Origin: Balamuthia mandrillaris
Lineage: Eukaryota
Direction: 5' to 3'
DNA length: 20,000 nucleotides
NCBI GenBank assembly: GCA_031835245.2
Contig: JAVKOQ020000028.1
Span: 305,778-325,777, forward strand
The position numbers were made by a program, and so were the translations under genes. The notes under the pieces are model-generated. The model saw nothing but the letters and a program-made list of their open reading frames with translations, had not been told where the DNA came from and made no database searches. Shown in pieces: positions 11,912 to 20,000 of the stretch (position 1 is its first letter; every line of letters starts with the position of its first letter).

Positions 11912-14707
11912 GACGTTGGAATTCCTCTCGTCTTCCAAAGGTAGATTCAGAAACAAAAAACAAACTAGAGACTGTTTCACTTACCCCAAAACCCAACACA
12001 ATCAGCGTTAAGAGCAGTGGGCTGCGTCAACAACCAGCGACAGCAAACACCTTTTCCTCTTCAGAGGCAACGCCAGTTTTCTGCTTCTGCGAACTTTGAT
12101 CAAAACGACAATAGCCCCGAGGTCAAAGGCTAGTATTTTTTGTTGTTTTATAGGATTCTCTTCAACATGGTGTTTTACACTCGCTCGCTCTAAATTATTC
12201 CAGCCAAAAAACCTTTCGAAGAATGGTCTGCACAAGAGATTCAGTCATGGTTACAACAGGAAGGCTTCGCTCGCTTTGCTCATGCATTTGTGCACCTGAA
12301 TGGCAAGGCCTTGTCTCATCTTACCAAAGATGATTTACAAAAAGAATTTGGAAATTTGGATGGGAGTGCCCTTTACCACGCTATAAAGGGGTTGGAAATT
12401 TTCTCTGTGGAAAGCACCTTTGAGCTTATCGCCAAGAAGAATCCATCCCTAGACTTCAAGGGGGTGCGTTGATGAATTTTTTTGGCTTGTTACCATCCCT
12501 CTGACTTATTAATAGCCTCCCCAAGCGCCCGAAGATATCACCCTTGTAAAACTTGACTTCATGGGCAGAAGACATGAGGTGGAAGAACTCACTAAAGCAT
12601 TTTGTGCAGACTTTCTGGGTTTTTATCTCAAATCGGCCCACAAGAAGGACAAAGTGCTAATCGCCATAACTGGCGGAAGGTAGCCTCTCCTTCCCTTATT
12701 ACTGCACTGTGGTTGGATACAAAATCAGTCCATCTCACCAAATCATTTTTTCGTTACCCACAGTGGAGTGGGCAAAACGCGGCTTTCTGTCACCATGCTC
12801 AACCTGGTTCGAGAGGAAGTCACCCAAAACGCAAAGCTCTACCTCTCTCATCTTAACCAGCTACTCATGTCACGTACCACCCCTGTTAGCGCGCAAGAAG
12901 TGTACGAGGCACTGCTCTCAGGATTTAAAGACGACAGCAAAGCCCATACGCTTTACATCGACTTCTCCAACGGTGACTATATTCCCGATTGGAACAACCC
13001 CAAGAGCATGGAGAAAGCTTTCTTCTTCTCGTTGCTGGCAAAAGCCTTTTTTCCACAAAGCAAAGTACGTTATATCCGGGCTTACCTGAATGGCGCTGAA
13101 TTTGATCACTGCACCACGCTCCCTGCAGTAGTCTCAGCACTGCACCAGCGCTATGGCCACGGCACAGCCAAGAAAGATAGAGTGACGATCGTCATCAACA
13201 TCGATGAGTTCCAGACGAAGATCACCAATGAGGACATCAGGCTGCTCCACACAGACCCAGCAGGCAAAGACCGAATACTGATACGCCAGATTGCTGATTG
13301 CATCATGAGTGCATGCTTACAGTTGGCTGAGTCGAACTTCCATGTGGTTCCTGTCTTCTCCGGCACACTGTCGCTGGCCTATGTTGGAGTCTTTCCAGCC
13401 ACACACTACACTCTGCACAACCTGAGCATTGGCCCATTGAGTCTGGAAGTCAGCCAAAAGATTGTGCGCTCTGCTCTAAATCGTGATGACATCCCCAACA
13501 GTCTGGTTGGAACGGTGGGTGGTGTGGCAAGGGGGTTACAATATCTGGTTGAAGCCATTCATTCCCAGCCCAACAAGACTTCTTGGAGCCACAGAGATGT
13601 TTTCCAGGCTACCGTCAAAGCAATCAAAAACAAGTACGGCATCACCAACTTTGTTTTGTCAGCAAATGGTGTCAAAACCCTTGTTAGCCTCTGCTTGAGT
13701 GGAAAAGAGGTCAAGAAAGGGGACCAAGTGGATGGTATCTCTCTTGGCATGCTTGAAAGAGATGGTGTGCTCTTCCTAAGGCCTTCCAATCCCCAAAACG
13801 ACGACTTGTTCCAGGTGGTCATGCCCCTGGCATTTGCTGCTGCATTCAACGAGAGGCTGGAGCTGTTTGATCCCAACTTTGTCACCTACAAGCCTGTTGT
13901 TAAATCTTCGGTAAGGCCTTCTCCTTTCCCTCTCAAAAACAGATTTCTACTGCTCACCTGCATGTTATTAATGGTGACTCTTGCTAGGATCTGGAAATAT
14001 TTGCAAGAGACTTTGAGGTCTTTGAAAACAACCTGTTGCTAGATCTGGGAATCAAAGAGACAACCTTTGGAGAGCGGTTCTCTGGTGCACTTATGAGTGA
14101 TGAGCTAAAGCACAGACGCATAGTCCTCAGTCACATGACAGCTTACAACTCACTAGAAGAACAATTGCCCAAGGCAGGAACTGCTATTTCAGTAATGGAA
14201 AGAGGTGATCCTGTCAACTTACACAAGGAAACTGTCAGCTTGTGGATAGGACGTAACTGCCAAATCAGTGACAACATCTACACCTTCCCTGCACAGGAAA
14301 ACAACAAGACCTTTGTTTGTTTAAATGAGCTGAAGAGCACAATTGTTTGGCAGAAGGCAACAAGTGCAGGTGTGACACCAGGTGAAATACATAAGGAAAA
14401 AGAAGCTGCCAAGCAAGCCACAAGCTTCTTTCCTGCTGATCAGTTTGAGCTCTTTTTTCATTTCCTGTCCAATACTCGCTTGCCAACACCTATCATTACT
14501 TTAAAACAGGGAATCCTTGCTGATAACCACACTATGATAGTACATAATGCTTTTTGTTATACTTATTTTTATCAGGTTTTAACTTATTTTCTTTTTTCTA
14601 AATAGACAACTAGAGAACAATTTCTTGCTCGCTTCTCACCAATGTTTGCTTCAATTGCACTAGGAGATAGTAATCATAACAATAACAATACACCTGTGTT
14701 TGATTAA
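11826..14707 (+). CDS. Crinkler/RHS-class (CR) protein: SAM domain + CR-type P-loop NTPase + PD-(D/E)xK restriction-endonuclease-fold domain
   Basis: Proposed exons 11826 (or 11910)-11940, 12006-12121, 12154-12169, 12204-12463, 12516-12679, 12764-13910, 13988-14539 and 14606-14707. The first three exons are tentative; the rest are clean and in frame. SAM: FEEWSAQEIQSWLQQEGF..LNGKALSHLTKDDLQKEFG..GSALYHAI. NTPase: FMGRRHE, Walker A GGSGVGKTR (split by an intron), Walker B IVINIDEFQ, GGVARGL. Nuclease: LEIFARDFE..FSGA, SD(x)n-NELK; tail REQFLARFSPMFA. Confidence 0.82.
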
Positions 14708-14771
14708 TAATAAACTTGTCCCTTTTTAGATTTGTTTTTGGAATTTACTTTGATACAATGTATTCACTTAG

Positions 14772-14915
14772 ACTTGATAATTTGCTTTTGCTGTGTTGGG
14801 CTGGTGACTTTCTTTGGTGGATGTGAAACAAGGGTGTAGGTCTTGTTCTTGATGAGTGAGGTGATCTTGCTATGTGTGACCACTTTCCAATTTTGATCTT
14901 TGAGTGCTTCTTCTC
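14772..14915 (-). mobile_element. Ty1/Copia reverse transcriptase N-terminal fragment (degenerate)
   Basis: The minus strand reads EALKDQNWKVVTHSKITSLIKNKTYTLVSHPPKK, resembling the Copia EALxxxxWxxAMxxEIxSLxxNxTWxLVxxP motif. It is cut at the LTR edge (14922). Confidence 0.65.
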
Positions 14916-14921
14916 AGAGGT

Positions 14922-15253
14922 TGTTGTAAAATAAGAACAGGAATGATAGTGAAGACAAAGTAAATACGAGACCTGAACTTAAATCCACTAAAAGTAAAGA
15001 GTACAAGTGATAGTAAAGTATCTTGTGTTTTGTTGTAAGTTGTCCTAAGCAGAAAAAGAAGAAGAAGCCAGGAGAGGCAGTATTTAAGTTAGAAGAAAGA
15101 TACATAAAAGAGTAAAGCATAAAACAGAGAAGACAGAGAAAAAGGAAACATCAAGAAAGGAGAAGGGAAGATGAGAGGTTTCCTCAGGTTGATGACAGGA
15201 AGGAGAAGTCAGCAGAAAGAAAAGAAGAGCTACTATGTTGGAGTTTTCCAACA
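14922..15253 (-). repeat. 3' LTR of Gypsy remnant A (about 332 bp)
   Basis: On the minus strand it begins TGTTGGAAAA directly after the polypurine tract AGAAAAGGGGTGA and ends TTTTACAACA (9/10 inverted termini, TG..CA). Confidence 0.7.
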
Positions 15254-15455
15254 TCACCCCCTTTTCTAATGAAGCTTCTTCCAGTAGGCATTGACAGGTT
15301 GAAGATCATCAAAGTTCACTGGAATCCAGAGGTTGTACTTAGGAGAGTAGCCTTTCCATCTGACTTTGTATTCTTGGTGATTGGCAGGTCCACAGTGGTC
15401 TAGGACCTTGCTAACTTTGTAGGGCTTGGAAGAGTCGTCATCACCATTGTCAGAC

Positions 15456-15594
15456 TGTTATACTACTCTCCCATAATACCTATCCCTATCTCTCCTTGTA
15501 TATATATCTCTTTCTTTCATTCTATTAAAGGTCTTTTTCCCTGCACACAACGAGTTGATATCCGTTGGGTTGTTCCCTCACCAGCCTTATAACA
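15456..15594 (+). mobile_element. 139-bp solo-LTR-like insertion, copy 1
   Basis: Perfect inverted termini TGTTATA...TATAACA, flanked by CAGAC/CAGCC (near-TSD). Contains TATATATA and ATTAAA. Closely similar to the reverse complement of 17404-17541. Confidence 0.8.
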
Positions 15595-15835
15595 CAGCCT
15601 CAGGAAAGGGATTGGATTCCACGTTGGAAAAATTACTCAGAAGGTTGACAGGGTGTCCAAAGGGAGTTGATTTATGCCTGGAGGTCAGCCTTTGATTGAT
15701 CACAAATTGGGTAGCTGGAAGGAAGGTGGACCAGTGGCTTCAATCAGAAGAGACAAGCTTCATAAGGACGGACTTGGCAAGCTTGACATGGGCCTCAGCA
15801 GCACCATTGGCTCGCACAGGAGAAAATAATAGATT

Positions 15836-16040
15836 ATATTAGACCAAAAAAGACCAGTTTAAGACCAAAAAAGACTAGATAAGACCAAAATAAACCACAG
15901 CAAATCAAAAAAGCTCAAAATTTGGACCTCAAAAAAAACCATAAAAAACTAAAAAAAACCAAACAAAACTAAAAAAAAACCAGATTTTTAATCGCTTAAA
16001 ATAGATAGAAAAAAACCATTTTAAACCAAAAAAAACCAAC
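15836..16040. repeat. A-rich low-complexity tract with short AGACCAAAA-type repeats
   Basis: Directly visible. Confidence 0.7.
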
Positions 16041-16130
16041 TTCTTGTTTGCCCAAGTAGATAAAAAAATCCACAACAGACCATTATCATTCCAATGGTTC
16101 CAACGATTCCTGTTGTGCTTCCTTTGTTCA

Positions 16131-16726
16131 GTTCTCCATCTCATTCTTATTCTCATTCTTCATCTTGTTCTTGTTCTTGTTCTCCTTTTCCTTCTTGTTC
16201 TCCATCTCATTCTTATTCTCCATTTTGTTCTCCTTCTCCTTCTTGTTCTCATTTTCCATCTTGTTCTCATTTTCCATCTGGTTCTCATTCTCATTCTCCA
16301 TCTCCTTCTTCATCTCCTTCTCGTTCTTGTTCCTGAACTCATTCTTGTGTGTTCTCGTTCTCCACCTCATTCTCGTTCTTGTTCTCATTCTCATTCTTAA
16401 TCTTGTTCTCCATCTCATTCTTGTTGTCATTCTCGTTCTTCATCTTGTTCTTATTCTTGTTCTTGTTTTCCATCTTGTTCTTGTTCTCATTCTCCATCTT
16501 GTTCTTATTCTTGTTCTTGTTCTCCATCTTGTCCTTGTTCTCATTCTCTATCTTGTTCTTATTCTCATTCTTGTTCTCCATCTTGTTCTTGTTCTTCATC
16601 TTGTTCTCATTCTCATTTTCATTCTCCATTTTGTTCTCATTTTCCATCTTGTTCTTGTTCTTGTTCTCGTCTCCATCTCATTTTTGTTCTTATTCTCATT
16701 CTTCATTTTGTTCTCATTCTCCATCT
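16131..16726. repeat. Degenerate hexamer tandem array (TCTCAT/TCTTGT/TCTTAT/TCTCGT/TCTCCA)
   Basis: About 600 bp of 6-nt units. It produces the spurious ENKNKM, LVLILH and FSFSIL ORFs, and ends abruptly at the LTR at 16727. Confidence 0.9.
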
Positions 16727-16961
16727 TGTTGGTTGAATCCAACCTTAGGAAGGAAAGAGTCGGTGACAAGACAAGGAGTGTATTCAAGAGAATAGAGGAA
16801 GGACAACGAGAGTGAATCTCCGATGTTGCTTCAAAGTACACTGAGAAAAAGGGGAAAAGGGAGAAAGGAAGGATGGGGGATACAAAAGAAAGGAGAGCTG
16901 AGGGTCTGGGACGGATCCAACATGAGGAGTCTTGTGATAAGTGTTGGTGATTTTACCAACA
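16727..16961 (-). repeat. 3' LTR of Gypsy remnant B (about 235 bp)
   Basis: On the minus strand, the PPT AAGAGGGGGAG lies at the pol stop, followed by TA and TGTTGGTAAAA...TTCAACCAACA (7-bp inverted termini). Confidence 0.75.
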
Positions 16962-17403
16962 TACTCCCCCTCTTAAGAAGAAGTGGAAGGTGAAGAAGAT
17001 TGTTTGAGGAGGTCCCAATAACGTTTGACAAGTTTGGGAGCATGAACATCTTTAGCAGGCATCCATTGGTTATCAGAATGTGGGTAGCCTTTCCAATGAA
17101 CAAAGTATTCATGCTTATTGGCTGGGCCTTTGTGATCAAGGATTTCATCTATTTTGTACTCATCTGGCAGGAGTTCATTAGTAGTAGAGTCCTCTGGGGG
17201 GGCAACAAGCTTCAGCTGGCTGGGGCTGAATTTGTCTGGGAGGGTAACGCCGGTACTGTCCTGGAGGAGGTATGCACCACCACGATTGCGGCGGATGACT
17301 GTGTAGGGGCCAGAGTACTCAGGAAGAGACTTGGGAGACCTGGGAGGCTTGCGTAGCATGACTTTGGAACCAGTGGAAAATTCACGGAGTGGCTTAGAGG
17401 AAG

Positions 17404-17541
17404 TGTGATAAGGCCGGTGAGGGAACAACCTAACGGATACCAACTCGTTGTATGCAGAGAAAAGACCTTTAATAGAATGAAAGAAAGAAATATATATACA
17501 AGGAGAGATAGGGATAGGTATTATGGGAGAGTGGTATAACA
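17404..17541 (-). mobile_element. 138-bp solo-LTR-like insertion, copy 2, interrupting the integrase
   Basis: Minus strand TGTTATA...TATCACA, flanked by ATTC/CTTC. Removing it plus 4 nt restores the pol frame (AQHDS-SKPLREF). Confidence 0.85.
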
Positions 17542-20000
17542 GAATCATGTTGAGCCTTGATGTTGGAGCTGTGCTTCTGAGTAGAAGATGCTGATGCCAG
17601 GTAGATGATATCATGCATTTGCTTGGCATTCTCCAAGAGGAGAGTTTCAGTAGGAAGCTGGGAGGAGGAAGAAGAATAGTCTTGCGGAGTGGTAGCTGGG
17701 TGACCAAAGAACAGTTGGAAAGGGGAAGACTTGTGACGACAGGTGACACATTGGTTGATTGCGTATTGGGCAGCAGGAAGAAAGGTGTGCCAGTGAGACC
17801 AATCACTGTTAATGAGCTTGTTAAGGGTGTTGCAGGCCAGCTTGACATGGCTTTCTGCAGCTCCGTTAGCTCGAGGATGATAGGCTGAGATGAACCGGTG
17901 CTCAAAGCCAGAGAGTGTCTTGAGAGCTTTGATGACCACATTGACGAATTCAGTGCCGTTGTCTGATTGAAGGATCTTAGGGAGACCGAAATCAGAGACG
18001 ACTTGATAGAGGGTGCGGGCAACATCTTTAGCTGTCTTGGCGTGGACTGGGCGGAGGGAAGTGAACCAGGTAGCGATGTCTATGGTGATCAGAACGTAGT
18101 TGAAGCCTTTGGAAGAAGTGGGAAGTGGGCCAAACAGATCGATGGTGATGTGATTGAAGGGGTAAGTGGCATGGATGGTTTTGAGGGGATGAAAGCTGTG
18201 TTTGGTGACGTTGTGCTTAAGGCAGTTATTGCACTGTAGGCAAGTGCAGGAACAGTCAGCATGAAGAGTTGGCCAGTAATAGCCTTTGTTCCAGATCTTG
18301 ACAAACAAGGTTTCTGCTCTGTGATGTCCTTCTGTGTGGAACAGCTGTAGGAGGTGTTTCCGTTCAGAGGTGGAAGGGAGTTGTTTGCTGAGTCTGCCCT
18401 TGATGTGTCTGTTAAGAGCAGATTTGGCTGTGAATGGGGAGTTGTCAACTAAGGTGAGAGCCTTGAGGTCGCAGGGTTTGCATTGAGCCAAGCGAGGGGC
18501 GTCAAGAGGGATGGAGAGAGGTGCAAGACCACCGTTGTCCCAGAAGGAGCGAGGGTACAGCTGAGAGAGACAGTCCTCAAGGATCATGTGAACGCCAGGG
18601 TGGTGGACGATCTTGAAGTTGTACTCTGAGATGAGGAGAGCCCAATAGTTGAGGGTGTAGTTCTTACTGTTAGAAATGAAGAGGTAGGACAAAGCCTTGT
18701 GATCAGAAAAGATCGTGAACTTGTTGCTGTAGAGCCAATCACTGAAGGAGCGGACGGCAAAGAGGATGACGAGCATCTCTTGTTTGGTGGCAGGATAGTT
18801 GTGTTGGGCAGGGTTGAGAGCCTTGCTCATGAACATGATGTGCTGGTGCTTGTTGTTGGGTCCGACCTGGTAAAGGACAGCGTCAACACTGAATTGGGAG
18901 GCATTGGTGCCAACCAAAAGAGGTAAGGATGGTTTATAGAGTGAGAGCACAGGTGGGTTGGATAAAATGTGCTTGAGGGCATCAAAGGCGTCCTGGCAGT
19001 CTTGGTTCCAATGGGAACAGACATCCTTGATGTACCAGAGGGCATCAAGGGGCCGAACAAGTTGGGTGAACATGGGAATGAAGTCATGAAGGTAGCCTGC
19101 AAAGCCAAGGAAGGATTGCATTTGCTTGCTGGTGGAAGGTACTTTGAGAAGTGCGAAGGTGGAGAGCTTGTGTTGGTTGGGAAGGATGTTGCTGCAGTTG
19201 ATGATAAAACCGAGGATACAGAGGCATTTGTACCCAAACTGACACTTCTCTCAACAGATACAGAGTCCTGCAGCAGTGAGAGTGAGGATAACACGGATAA
19301 GATGCTCAATATGTTCTTCCACACTTTGGGAAATGACAGCAAGATCATCAATGTAATGGGAAGTGAACTTGGCAATAGCAGCAGTGACAACATCCATGAG
19401 GTGCTGGAAGTGCTGTGCAACAATCTTGATGCCAAAAATGGTGGTTAGGGGACCATTACCATTTTTGGTAAGAGCCTTTCTAGATCACATTTAAAGTTAC
19501 GATCTTGAACAAAGTATCCTTTTGAAGGGGAAAAGCTGTAGATAATGGGATTGTCAACCATTTTGCATGTGAATACAATGTGATGGAGCATTTGAAGCTG
19601 CAAAAGGCTGCGCCAACTGCACCGTTTTGGCGCAGCAGTGCCAATCAAATCTAGGACTTTGTGAATTGTTGGCAGAAACAGCAGCCGTTATGGAAAAATG
19701 TGATAGGATAGCAATTATTATGATATATTTCAAGTAAAAAATAAAATAAAAAAGGTTTTTGTAGAATGAAATGTGTTCTTTCCAACGAACTTACTTTTAA
19801 TAACAGTAAATGCTATGGTGCGGAGAAATTAATTTTTTGAACCTCAAGCGGAATTTAACCCAAATAATCCATCATTCAAAATTTGGCATTTTTTGGCATT
19901 TTTGGCTTGAATACCAATAAGCAGAAAAAAAAGTAAAAGAAAGAAGAAAGAAACTGCAAGTGTGTGTGAAAGGGGATAAAGGGTTAGGGAATCGGCCTCG

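Larger units (their letters stand above)
14922..15815 (-). mobile_element. Ty3/Gypsy chromovirus-like remnant A (integrase fragment, chromodomain, PPT, 3' LTR)
   Basis: 15815-15600: RANGAAEAHVKLAKSVLMKLVSSD*SHWSTFLPATQFVINQR, a paralog of the element B integrase. About 15425-15266: chromodomain YKVSKVLDHCGPANHQEYKVRWKGYSPKYNLWIP...YWKKLH*. The GPY/F region is deleted. Confidence 0.85.
16727..19443 (-). mobile_element. pol: Ty3/Gypsy chromovirus-like LTR retrotransposon remnant B: 5'-truncated pol (RT-RNaseH-integrase-GPY/F-chromodomain) + PPT + 3' LTR
   Basis: RT: YIDD (19355-19344) and SFLGFAGY. RNase H: TNAS(DAS)..NYPATKQE..FSDHKAL. Integrase: HHCC (FHTEGH..CNNC), IDLFGP, SDNGTEF, NGAAE, then SGPY. 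Chromodomain: YKIDEILDHKG..EYFVHWKGY..QW. In-frame TGA at 19253-19251 and an insertion at 17404-17541. No gag or protease. Confidence 0.95.

Noticed and set aside
16044..16841. Long ENKNKM, LVLILH and FSFSIL ORFs
   Set aside because: These are artefacts of the degenerate hexamer array, which is open in several frames at once.
19443..19989. GGTTAGGG at 19443 and 19982 as telomeric repeats or an 8-bp target-site duplication
   Set aside because: They are single units only, and the enclosed sequence has no terminal inverted repeats.
1..20000. CRISPR array, tRNA or rRNA genes
   Set aside because: No repeat-spacer periodicity or RNA-gene signatures were seen, and the context is eukaryotic.

Overview
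This is intron-rich eukaryotic DNA with short GT-AG introns and CT/T-rich tracts. The gene style suggests a free-living amoeba or similar protist, but that is inference only. 1-6136 holds two apparently intact host genes: an ankyrin-repeat / long Q-P-S low-complexity / TKL kinase gene, and an F-box/WD40 gene ending in a CaaX motif. 6.2-11.9 kb is a patch of broken genes: an internally deleted Fanzor2 (eukaryotic TnpB) remnant, a frameshifted STAND/AAA-type NTPase, an unidentified degenerate gene and a Zn2Cys6-like remnant. 11.8-14.7 kb holds an apparently intact Crinkler-class gene with SAM, P-loop NTPase and PD-(D/E)xK nuclease domains and a mitochondrial-presequence-like N-terminus. 14.8-19.45 kb is a nested retrotransposon cluster: a Copia RT fragment, two chromodomain-bearing Ty3/Gypsy remnants with 3' LTRs, and two copies of a 139-bp solo-LTR-like insert. 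That cluster shows a strong CpG-deamination signature, which appears to extend into the 3' end of the nuclease gene. All exon structures were spliced by hand from the sequence; no database searches were run.
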